Part shown: piece by piece, positions 32,601-45,296 of the stretch
Layout of the letters: every line of letters begins with the position of its first letter
How positions within the stretch are numbered: position 1 is the stretch's first letter
NCBI RefSeq assembly: GCF_009914755.1
Contig: NC_060925.1
Reading direction: 5' to 3' (one strand)
DNA length: 64,000 nt
Origin: the human T2T-CHM13v2.0 reference genome, Homo sapiens
Notes under the pieces: model-generated
Told to the model about the DNA's origin: nothing
The model's input: the letters and a program-made list of their open reading frames with translations, nothing else
Database searches by the model: none
Program-made: the position numbers and the translations under genes

Positions 32601-33418
32601 TTACCAACCTTTTCCCTTTACTCTCACACTCAAAACAGAATACTAGATGTGACCAGATGTGTGGGGGTTTACCCCCATACACTAAGCAGTTCTCCAGTCG
32701 ACACCGACTGGATGTCTTATAATTCTGATACTATGTATCTGGAGATAGTATCAGATCCCCAGCGGACACCAACTGTCTTATAATTTAATTGAATTCCAAT
32801 ACTATGTACTTGGATCTAGCATTACATCACACAGTTAAGGGCTTGGTCCCACAAGATTGCCCCCAGGTCAGACGCCAATCTTAGTAGGTTGTCACCTATA
32901 CTTCTGACCAACTGGCTACAAACCAGGGTTCCCACATCCCTCCCCTTGAATTTTGTTAATTTACTAGGGCAGCTCAGAGAAACACATTTACCAGTTATAC
33001 AAAGGTTATAGATGGACAGCCAGATGAAGAGATGCATAGGGCAAAGTATGCAGAGGAGGGCACAGAGCATCCACACTCTGGGTATACCACCTGCTACCCT
33101 TCCAGCATGTCAACATGTTCAACAACCCAGAAGCTCATCAAATCTTGTTGTTCAAGGGTTTTTACAGAGCTTCATCTCCAGCCCCCACCCTCACTTCTTG
33201 GAGATTGTAGGGGGAATGCAGGGATTCTCTAATCCTTTGGTCTTTGTGGTGACTGGCCCCATCCCGAGGCTATCCAGGGGATCTACCCCAAGCCACCTCA
33301 GTAGCATAAACTCAGATGTGAAAGGGGCTATTAATGCATAACAAAAGACACTCCTATCACTCAGGAAATTCCAAGGGTACTCTGTGACAAGAACAAGAAC
33401 ATTTCATATTATACCACA
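32600..33418 (-). mobile_element. MER21-like LTR
   Basis: gtgaccagatgtgtggggg...ggtcccacaagattgcccc...cttctgaccaactggctacaaaccaggg...atttcatattataccaca. Confidence 0.65.
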
Positions 33419-33743
33419 GGCACACACATCTATGTCCTCAGCTTCTCATGTGCCCACTTTCTCCTCAGCCTGCTCAAGTTCAGTGGTTGGTGGCTCCAAC
33501 CCCTTCCTTGCATGTGCTTCCTACTGTTGATCCTCTTTCCTTTCACTGAACTTGTCTGGGAGAATCACACCCTAGTTAAGTGCAGCTCTGCTTATTCCAG
33601 GTCTCTAGCATGGCTGGAGAAATAACCAGCCATGGTATCTGGTCTCATTAGAAGCTCATGAGCAGCCACTCAAGCGGTTCTTTAGTTTTGCCTTGCTGTC
33701 CTGTATTATTCTCCTAGCTGGTTCAGTCTCCAGTTTTTATAAG

Positions 33744-34105
33744 TGATATGATTTGGCTGTGTCCTTACCCAAATCTCATCTTTAATTGTAGTTCCCAAAA
33801 TCCCCATATGTCATGGGAGGGACCCAGTGGGAGGTAATTGAATCATGGGGGTGGTTAGCCCCATTCTGCTGTTCTTGTGATAGTGAGTGAGTTCTCACAA
33901 GATCTGATGATTTTATAAGGAACTTTTCCCCCTTTTCTCGGCACTTCTCCTTCCTGCCACGTGTTTGCTTCCCCTTCCCCTATGATTGTAAGTTTCCTGA
34001 GGCCGCCCCAGCCATACAGAACCATGAGATAATTAAACCTCTTTCCTTTATAAATTACCTAGTCTTAGGCAGTTCTTTATAGCAGCGTGAGAACAAAGTA
34101 ATACA
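33744..34105 (+). mobile_element. Solo THE1C/D-type LTR, sense to PATJ
   Basis: tgatatgatttggctgtgtcc...gaggtaattgaatcatgg...aattaaacctctttcc...taataca. Confidence 0.88.
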
Positions 34106-35230
34106 ACAGGTAACTGTGCCAAACCCCTTATGCCTCTTTCCTTAGTCTTGCTCTCAGTTTAAGGTCCTAGTTTCAGGTTTCGTTGAGAAAATAGAGGCAG
34201 TTAAAGGGAACTTCCCCTGCTTCCAGTGCTCACCAAATCTTTTTTCTAATTGCCTCTGTAACAGCAAAGGAACTACATTTGTGCTTCTATCCAAAGCCAG
34301 TCTCTCTAACTTGTGCAGTAGGAATCATTTCCTCTTGACCGTCCAAGGATATTGACCTTACAGTTGTCATGTCTCTCCTTTATCATCCATTTTTTTCTCT
34401 GCACTGTATCATTATTGCTGTAATATTTCCTTCTATCTTAAAAACATCCTACATCCCTTTCCACCCACATTCCTGTTTCCTCGGTCCTCTAATAGCAAAG
34501 CAGTCTTCACAAATTATCACTATCCGTTGAGACCACAGAACATCCCAGCATTTACCAAGGCTTTGTTACATTATAGGTTTGAAAAATTAGTTCTGTTAAA
34601 CATGTTTTGGAAATACAGAGTGTGCTCTTGGAGATTTATGGGCATGTTAGCAAGTTATGTTCTCTGAAATTTTCTATAATAAGGAACTGTTTACACTTAC
34701 TCAAATTTATTGAACACATAAATAGTTTTAGTAAAAGAACTTGTGGATGCTTTTTGGTACTTCTTTTTAAACATAATTTGAGAAATGTTCAACTACTCAA
34801 TTGTGATAACAAGCAATTTACTTAAAATATTATGCCTCTGAGCTTAATGGAGAGATGATAAAAGTCCATAGATATTCCCAGCCTCCCTTATCCCACTCAG
34901 AATTATGTACTGTGCTCCTGGCAGAGGTGACAGACATCTTAAGGTTCTGTTACTGACTGAGCTACCTGTTTTGGATAATTATATTTAACCAGGGATGTTT
35001 TTATTAATGTATTTTTCTTATCTACTTTTCTGAAGGTGAAATGTTACTTTCCTTGAACATGTTCTTCTAAAATTGCCAAGCTTTTTATGGGCCAATCTTA
35101 TTTTTTTCTGACCGTCTACTCATTAGACTCTGGTTGTTCTTATAACTAGATAATGCACATGAACTTTGAATTAACCTGTCCACAATATCTAGTGCTGTTC
35201 TAATTGAAATAACTTGCTTCTGTGTTTCAG

Positions 35231-35341
35231 GTGTCTGGAGTAGATTTGCAGAATGCCTCACACAGCGAAGCAGTTGAGGCCATTAAGAATGCAGGAAACC
35301 CTGTGGTGTTCATTGTTCAGAGTTTGTCATCCACTCCACGA
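35231..35341 (+). CDS. PATJ: PATJ coding exon, 111 nt, phase 0 to 0; C-terminal part of the PDZ domain ([37 protein letters not shown])
   Basis: Acceptor cttctgtgtttcag|GTG and donor CGA|gtaagt. Contains the PDZ alphaB motif [10 protein letters not shown]. Too short for the ORF track. Confidence 0.96.
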
Positions 35342-35764
35342 GTAAGTTTTAGTTCATATTTTCAAAAAGTTTAACAACACTCTGTATACCTGCAGACCAA
35401 GCTTTGGCCTCTAAGTATTTTCCACATATTTTCATTGTAGTTCCCAAACTATATTTAAAGTATGAGCTTCATAAAAATTTAGTCATAAGGTTCCCTTTTT
35501 TCCCCTCCAGTTTTGATCTTCTGGTCAAATTGGAGTCATTACAGTGTGCATTGGTTTAAGTTACTGCTTCTGGAATCAAACAGACCTGTTTTCAATTTCT
35601 TGATTCCTTATTTACCAGCTTTGCTAACTTGCAGGTTACTTTTCTGAGCCAGTTACTTTGTTTATGAAATACTTTGAACAGAGGGTCAGGTGTAAAAACA
35701 TTGTAGAGATACTATCACATGTTGTGTATATTTATTAAAGGATGTAAAAATAAAAACGTGTTGA

Positions 35765-36046
<282 letters not shown>

Positions 36047-36376
36047 TAGGCTGGTCTCAAACTCCTGACCTCAAGTGATCTGCGCACCTTGGCCTCCCAA
36101 AGTGCTGTTATTACAGGTGTGAGCCACTGCGCCTGACCTACAATTTTTCTTCTGTAATTAATTACTCCTTTGGTATGGAATTGGAACTCTGATATGAAAT
36201 GTCAGTGGCAGGATGTGGATTTTATACTACAATGTGCAACAGAAACATCACCCTTAAAACTGGAAGCAATATTCAATATTCTTTTTCTTCATTTTATAAT
36301 GGAAGACAGCTGTTCAAAACATAGACACTTCTTTTTTTGTTTGTTTTTGGGGATAGAGTCTCATTCTGTCACTTAG

Positions 36377-36556
<180 letters not shown>

Positions 36557-37392
36557 TAACTGCATATTTTAAAAAATTATTTGCTTTCCAATATAGTTTT
36601 GTAGTGCATTCCAATTTTTGTATGTCAAGGCAAAAAGAAAATAATACTTATATGGCAAACTGGGTGGGTATATGTTTGGCTATCCCAGTGGTGGGGGCAT
36701 TGATGGAATATTTTGCATGCTTGTAATCTGCCTATGCACAGTGAGCTGCAGCCTGCATTGGCACCTCTGCTGTGTCACTGCATTTTGCAGTATGGTGCCT
36801 TCCATTCTTAGCACTATGTTTACATCATCAAGACTAATTGAGAGAGGTGAGCTGAATAAAGTTCTCTTGTTTTCATAAAATTTGAAATTCAATAAGAATT
36901 TTTAGAATTCAGTTTTTAATTCTTACAATATTGAGAATATAGTTGAGGCCATGGCTTTTATTTCTGGAAACCTAGTTCAACAGGAAAATTGGCCAGATTG
37001 TTCTTTGCCAAATTATACTTCCAAATCAATAATTTTGAATGAGAATGAGCCAATCAAATTATACATTTGTGTGGCCAGCTGTGAATGACCTGCCAAAAAG
37101 GCTAAGCTTTCAATCCAACCTTTGCTAGTGAGCTGAGGTGGAAACTTTTGTTTGGATGACACAAACAGTGCAATTTCTTTCAATTATTCAAACAAAGAAA
37201 ATCTCTTCAGCACCATGCCATGCTCAAGTTACTTATTCCCTATGTAGTATAATAGACTGCCACATTGTACATTCAGTTCATCAGGCATTGAACCATCTGT
37301 GGTTCTAGCCAAGGGAGCATATCCCATTGATGATGTTAATTACCATGTCCATGACTTGTTCCATTTTCAACTTTGTTTATAGGGCAAAGTGA

Positions 37393-37423
<31 letters not shown>

Positions 37424-37640
37424 GGAGACAGGGTCTTATTCTGTCACCCAGGCTGAGTGCAGTGGCACAATCATGACTCACTGAAGCCCCGATCTCCTTG
37501 GCTCAAGCAATCTTCCCAGTTCAGCCTCCCAAGTGGCTGGGACCACAGGCATGGATCACCATGCCCAGCTAGTTTTTGATTTTTTTCCCGCAGACAGGGT
37601 CTCCCCTTATTCCTCAGGCAAGTCTTGAACTCCAGGCTCA

Positions 37641-37748
<108 letters not shown>

Positions 37749-38593
37749 TCAAGTTTCATGTCTTTGTAAAATGGTGCTGTCTTTGGTTTACTTATTATTG
37801 CAAGTAGTACTGATTATCCAGAAATAGAAAATATAGGCAATGCTTAATCATTTTTATCTAGTTTACATTAAATTTTGAACTTTCCTTAAAACCCCCAAAA
37901 TAAGTCATTTTCTAATGTTGTGCCCATCAAAGGTGATGTCTAAAAGTACCTTGGTCACATAAACATTCTCCTCAACACTATGAATTGAGCGGTTGTTTTT
38001 ATCTGTGTGCATTATCAGCTGCCTTAGGAGCATCACCAGTACACTTTCTTGGGTTTTTTTTGTTGTTGTTTTTTGTTTGTTTGTTTGTTTTGGGACAGAG
38101 TCTCGCTCTTCGCCCAGGCTGGAATGCAGTGGTGTGATCTCAGCTCACTGCAACCTCCGCCACCCGGATTCAAGTAATTCTTCTGCCTCAGCCTCCTGAG
38201 TAGCTGGGATTACAGGTGCATGCCACCACGCTCAGCTAATTTTTGTATTTTTAGTAGAGATGAGGTTTCACCATGTTGGTCAGGCTGGTTTCGAACTCCT
38301 GACCTCGTGATCCGCCCACCTCGGCCTCCCAAAGTGAGCCACCGCACCTAGCCACCAATACACCTTTTAAATCTTCTTACCCTGACTTTCTCAAGTGTAT
38401 TTTCAGCCTTCTGGAAAAATGTGTGTATCTACTTGGATGTACTTGGCAAATACTTATTTGAGAGTAAGGCCCATAGAAAGTTTTTCTGTAAGGTAATTTT
38501 TTCCACTTAATAACATAACTGCACTTCACAGAAATTCCATCATCTATATATTTTTATATATATATATATATATATATCATATATATGACAAGT

Positions 38594-39965
38594 CAGATAG
38601 TTTCTGACTTGTCAGGGAGGCAAAGTGTTTTGTTTAAGATTCTTCAGGACAAGGAACACATGCCTGTAAACCCCACCAGTCTTTGAAATCTGACTTAGGT
38701 TGTTATATGTATTAAACAGAGATAGAAATATTAGGTACTAGCACAGTGCCTCTTCACATAGCACTGTATATATGTTAATGTATCATTACTGCTGTTTTTT
38801 TACATAAATGACACATTTCTGAGACTTTCTCATTTATTCTAAACTTTATTTTCATTCTATATTAATATATATATATTTTTATATTAAAAAATTGGATATC
38901 TTCAGCTCATTATGTTTATCATCACGTGTTGCTTTCTTTCTTCCTGTATTCCAGTTGTGCTTACCAATACCATTGTTCTATAAGGGTACCTACTTTTTTT
39001 GACACATGAACATTTTGCATATTAATCACCTATAAATATATTTTTACTTTCACGAGAAATACAGTCTTCTGTTTTCCTGAAAGGTGGAGTCTCATTGAGC
39101 ATTTTGTCTTCTAAATTTTGCTAAAGATATATGTACAGAAGAACATTTCTCTGCTATTTGAAAAACAGTGGGCTGGGCGCAGTGGCTCACGCCTGTAATC
39201 CCAGCACTTTCGGAGGCTGAGGTGAGAGGATCACTTGAGGTCTGGAGTTGGAGACCAGCCTGGCCAACATGGTGAAACCCTGTCTCTATTAAAAATAGAA
39301 AAAGTAGCTGAGTGCGGTGGTTTACACTTGTAACCTCAGCTACTTGGGAATGAGGCACAAGAATTGCTTGAACCTGGGAGACACAGGTTGCAGTGAGCCA
39401 AGACTGCACTGCAGTGGCCACTGCACTCCAGCCTGGGTGACAGAGTGAGACTCTGTCTCAACGAATGAACAAACCAATGAAAGAAAGAAAGATAAGAAAG
39501 AGAGAGAGAGGGAGGGAAGGAAGGGAGGGAGGGAGGGGAGGGGAGGGGAGGGAAGAGGGGAGGGGAAGGTAGAGAGGAGGGGAGGGGAGGGAAGGCAGCG
39601 TAAACATTGTGAGTGGCAGCTGACATTCTGTCTCATCCCAAAGCTTCTATTTAGCATCAGCTAGTTTTTCTATGGGAGAAAGTAGTAGTGTGGGCAGATA
39701 GTTTCTGACTTGTCAGGGAGGCAAAGTGTTTTGTTTAAGATTCTTCAGGACAAGGAACACATGCCTGTAAACCCCACCAGTCTTTGAAATCTGTCTTAGG
39801 TTGTTATATGTATTAAACAGAGATAGAAATATTAGGTTACTAGTAGCACAGTGCCTCTTCACATAGCACTGTATATATGTTAGTGTATCGTTACTGTTGT
39901 TTTTTACGTAAATGACACGTTTCTGAGACTTTCTCATTCTAAACTTTATTTACATTCTATATTAA
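38594..39965 (+). repeat. Dispersed direct duplication of ~270 bp (38594-38865 and 39695-39965), offset 1101 bp
   Basis: By-eye alignment: the first 99 bp are identical, with about ten differences overall, including two small indel sites of about 4 nt. Confidence 0.95.
39478..39595 (+). repeat. Polypurine (GAAA/GA/GGAGG/GGGGA) tract extending an Alu tail
   Basis: About 115 nt of almost pure A/G with repeated GGGGA units. Confidence 0.9.
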
Positions 39966-41032
39966 AAATGAAAATTTAATCTTAAATTGCATTTAGGGGA
40001 AAATGGGCTTTTTGTTTTGTTTTTAATTATCTCCAGGCAGGCAGTCTTTTAATTTCCTGAGCAAGGAGTTTTTTTTTGTCTTTTTCTTTTTAATTTATTT
40101 ATGTATTTTTTGAATCAGGATCTTGCCCTGTCACCCAGGCTGGTGTTCAGTGGTGCAATTGTGGCTCACTGTAGCCTCGACCTCAGCCCCACAAGTATCT
40201 GGGATTACAGGCGCACGCCAACACACCCAGCTAATTTGTAAATTTTTGTAGAGATGGAGTCTCCCTTTGTTGTCCAGGCTGGTCTCAAACTCCTGGACTC
40301 CAGCGATCCTCCTGCCTTAGCCTCTCAAAGTGCTGGGATTGCAGATATGAGCCACTATACTTGGTCTATTTTTTTCTTTTAATCTTCATGTCTCTCACCA
40401 GATTTTATGCCAAGATTATCTGTGCTAGCTCTTTGAGGAGCTTCTTTTTATAAAATTAAACTGGTTCGTTCATTTATAAACATTTATTATGTACAGCTAT
40501 GTATTAGGCCATTTCTGAGCACCAGAGAAATAGTGAAAAATAACACTGAGTTCTACTCTCATTAAGCTTATTCAGTGGTGGGAATAGATTTGTTAATTCC
40601 TCCTTATGCTAATAGTGATAGTGGAATATTGAGTACACACAGTGTGGGAGATAACATGCTTGAACTGGGGGTACAATGATGAATAAGGTAAATCTGTCAA
40701 ACAGATGTGTTATCCTATGTTCTTGGATAATTAATTAGATCACCCCTAAAACTCTATCTTGCAAAATGTGATGTTTGGACTACAGTCAGTATGTGAACTT
40801 GTTTTTAGTCTTTTTCGTCTTCAGCTTCTGGATCTACGTACAGAAACCTGCATTTTTATGCCCTGATGGCATATATATAACTTTATAATATTTTAGAGTT
40901 ATGTATCTTCTCAGGCTTTCCAAGTTTTATTGTTTGCTTTGAATTGTACTTCTCATACTTTTACTCTTTAGATGAAGTTACAAAGTTAAGATTTTAGCTG
41001 TTTAAACAAATACATTAAGGAATGTAATGATA

Positions 41033-41330
41033 GGCCAGGCTCAGTGGCTCACGCCTGTAATCCCAGCACTTTGGGAGGCTGAGGCGGGCGGATCATCTGA
41101 GGTCAGGTATTTGAGAGCAGCTTGGCCAACATGGTGAAATTCCATCTCTACTAAAAATACAAAAATTAGCTGGGTGTGGTGGCAGGCGCCTATTACCCCA
41201 GCTACTCAGGAGGCTGAGGCTGGAGAAGCGCTTGAACCCAGGAGGCGGAGGTTACAGTGAGCAGAGATTGTGCCATTGCACTCCAGCCTGGGTGACAAGA
41301 GCGAATCTCCATCTCAGAAAAAGAAAAAAA
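41033..41330 (+). mobile_element. AluS ending ~115 nt upstream of the 78-nt exon
   Basis: Alu consensus; TSD aatgtaatgat. Confidence 0.9.
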
Positions 41331-41445
41331 CAGAAATGTAATGATTGAAAAAAAATTCTCCATTGTGGAATGTCAAGAGAAAAAAAAGGAATGATTATGT
41401 CGTTTAAACGTTTTCTTCCCCCCACCCCTTTTTTTGTCACCATAG

Positions 41446-41523
41446 GTCATTCCTAACGTACATAACAAGGCCAACAAAATCACCGGTAACCAGAACCAGG
41501 ACACCCAAGAAAAGAAAGAAAAG
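41446..41523 (+). CDS. PATJ: PATJ coding exon, 78 nt, phase 0 to 0 (VIPNVHNKANKITGNQNQDTQEKKEK)
   Basis: Acceptor cccctttttttgtcaccatag|GTC and donor AAG|gtaact; 26 open codons. Confidence 0.93.
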
Positions 41524-42508
41524 GTAACTTGAACCTCTCAAGGATTTAAAAAATGTTTTTGTTTTGTTTTTGTTTTTGTTTTCCATATCTGGGCTATAAT
41601 AGAAGTGGCTTTTTGATGAGTGTCAGTGTTGTAGGAGCACTATATTTATAATTTTTTTCCCTGCAAATATGACTGGTTCTTACCAGGATGGAGGACAGAA
41701 ACCTGGTGCAGCATAGATGCAAAAATACTATAAACGGCCAGTCAGCCATCAACGTCTATAGATTTCTTTCCTGTTCAGACAGGCTGGTTGTTTGTCCATT
41801 CCCAGAACATGCCTCTCACACTGAGACTTTGATCTTGCTGCTCTCGCCTGGAAGTCCATTTCCCACATTGCTCTCCCATAAGAATCCTTTTCATTCTTTA
41901 AGGACCACATCAAAGGTCATCTCTCCTGAGAAAACTATCCTTCCTGTCAATCAGAATTAATCCTCCATTCCTGTTTGCCCACCTCTATTAAAGTAGAATC
42001 TGTTGACCTAAAAATTATTTTAAGATGTGGTGTCAAGTAGGGATGAATTTTCATTTTTTCTCATCAAGAGAACTTGTTGTTCTCTTGGGGAATTACTGTC
42101 CCACTGTTTTAAAATAGACCTCCTTTACCCACTGATTTGCAGTCCAACTCTGCTGTATCTCAGGTTACAAGGGGGAGTCTGTTTCTAAGCTTTCTCTTTG
42201 TTCCATTTGATCAACTTGTCTATCCCAGTACAAATGCTGCACTGACGGAATTATTAAAGCCTAGTAATCAATCTTTTTTCCTGATAGAGCACTTTCTTTT
42301 ATATGTTTCTTCTTCTTAGACATGTCTTAACTATTTATATCATTTTTATTTTCCATATCCATTTAGAATCAGATTATTAAATTCCACAAAAGTTTCTTTT
42401 GGGATTTTGGTTGGAATTTTGTTGAATCTATAGATTAACTTAGAAAGAAGTTATATCTTTTGGATGTTGAGACTTTTAAGCCATTAATATGATTTTTTAA
42501 TTTGTTAA

Positions 42509-42853
<345 letters not shown>

Positions 42854-43475
42854 TATAATTTTCTTTAAAAAGATACTGAAATCTTGATTTATTCCTAGGT
42901 ATTTTATTTTGCTATTTAATGATATCTCTTTAAACTGTGTTTTCTGTTTGTTTCTAGTATGTAGACATAAAATTGACTTTTATATATTTATTTGACATCT
43001 TGTAACATTATTCTTTTAAAACATACAATAATCTAGTGGAGAATACTGGGAAAACCATAATGGTGAAACAAAAAAATAAAAATATAAACCTACCACCTAA
43101 AGATAAACTTATTAAACATTTCATATAGAACCTTTTAGTGTCTTTGTGTGTCTGCTCCATATATATATGTGTGTATATATGATATTTTTAATAAGAATAT
43201 GAATCTCAAATTCTTATTCTATGTAGATTTTTATTTTTGGATTTTCTATACATATAATAAATAATAAACTCTTTGGAATAAGGTAATTTTCTTTTTCCCT
43301 TTCCAATCTTTCTTTCTCTCATTTTATTGTATCTGCTAAGACCTCCAGTACTGTGTTTAGTAGAAGTAATGATAGCTAACATTCTTGTCATTTTTCTTCC
43401 TGATATTTAAGGAAAAGCTTTTAATATTTCACTGTTGAATATGATGTACTGTAGGTATTTGTAGATAATCTGTCA

Positions 43476-44214
43476 TGTAACTGTCTGATGGGTTCATCTT
43501 ACCCACTGCCCAAATGCAGTCGATTTATCAAGACAGGGGAATTGCAGTAGAGAAAGAGTTTAATGCATACAGAGTTGACTAAATGGGAGACCGGAATTGT
43601 ATTATTACTTGAATCAGCCTCCCTGAAAATTTGGAGGCTAGAGTCTTCTTTCAAAGATAGTTTTGGGGGTAGGGAATGGGGAATGCTGATTAGTTTGGTT
43701 GGTGATGAAATCATAGGGAGTCCAAAACTGTCCTCTTGTGCTGAGTCAGTTCCTTGGGGGAGGTGAGGCAGAAGACCAGAGAAGTCAGTTTACCAGTCTG
43801 GGTCCGTCGGCTGATCCATCAGAATACAGAGTCTGGAAAATACCTTAAACACTAATCTTAGTTTTTATAATAGTAACATTATCCATGGAAGCAACTGAGG
43901 AGGTTAGGAATCGTGTGGCTTCTGACTGCATGACTCCTAAACCATAATTTCTAATCTTGTGGCTAATTTGTTGGTTTTGCAAAGATGGTCTGGTCCCTAG
44001 GCAAGTAGGGGGTTTGTTTTGGAAAAGAGCTGTTACCATCTTTGTTCCAAAGTTTAACTATAAACTAAATTCCTCCTATGGTCAGCTTGGCCTATGCACA
44101 GGGATGAACAAGGCCAAGATATTGGAGGTTAAAGGCAAGATGGAGTTGGTTAGGTCAGGTCTCTTTCACTGCCATAGTTTTCTGACAGTTATAATTTTTG
44201 CAAAGGTGGCTTCA
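43476..44214 (-). mobile_element. Solo LTR8/LTR8A-like ERV1 LTR
   Basis: The reverse complement starts tgaagccacctttgcaaaaattata...aactccatcttgcctttaacctcc; 4-bp TSD gtca/atca. Confidence 0.8.
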
Positions 44215-44693
44215 ATCAGGTTAAGGAAATACTCTCTTTCATTCCTACTTTGCTAAGAATTTTTACCATGAATGGCACTGGCATTGAATTTAATCAGATA
44301 TATTACTAATCTCCAGTGAAAGAAGTATGTGCATCTATAAATTTTTTTCTCCTTGAATCCTTTAATGTAGTAAATTATATTAATAGATTTCAGAATGTTG
44401 AACCAATCTTGAATTACTGGAATGCAATTTATTTGTTTTGTTTTGTTTTTCCCCATTGCTGATATTTATTTTAGGATTTTTCCATCCATGGTCATGAGTG
44501 AGATTTGCCTGGAAATTTTCATTTATATACTGTCCTATCTGGCTTTGGTTATGGTAAACTACTAAAATGATCGGTAGGAGCATGTGTTCTTTTAAGTTCT
44601 CTGAGAGTTTGTATAAAAAAAGAAATTATTGGCCAGGTGTGGTGGCTCATGCCTGCAATCCTAGCACTTTGGGAGGCCAACGTGGGCGAATCA

Positions 44694-44963
<270 letters not shown>

Positions 44964-45152
44964 TTAGTCAAGCTACCCTATGAAGCCGTTGTGGGCCTGT
45001 GTTTTCTATGTGGGAAAAATTTTAAATACTGATTTAGTTCTTTAATAGTTATTGAATCATTTGGATTTTCTATTTCTCCTAGAGTCATTTTTGGTCATTG
45101 ACTTTTGTAGGAATATTAATATCACCTAAGTTTTTTACATTTGTTGGCATAA

Positions 45153-45296
<144 letters not shown>

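Noticed and set aside
33420-33530. Possible alternative exon (AHTSMSS...ASYC-stop) at the MER21 edge
   Set aside because: Weak pyrimidine tract, no nearby donor or clear polyA signal; a 36-codon open run is expected by chance.
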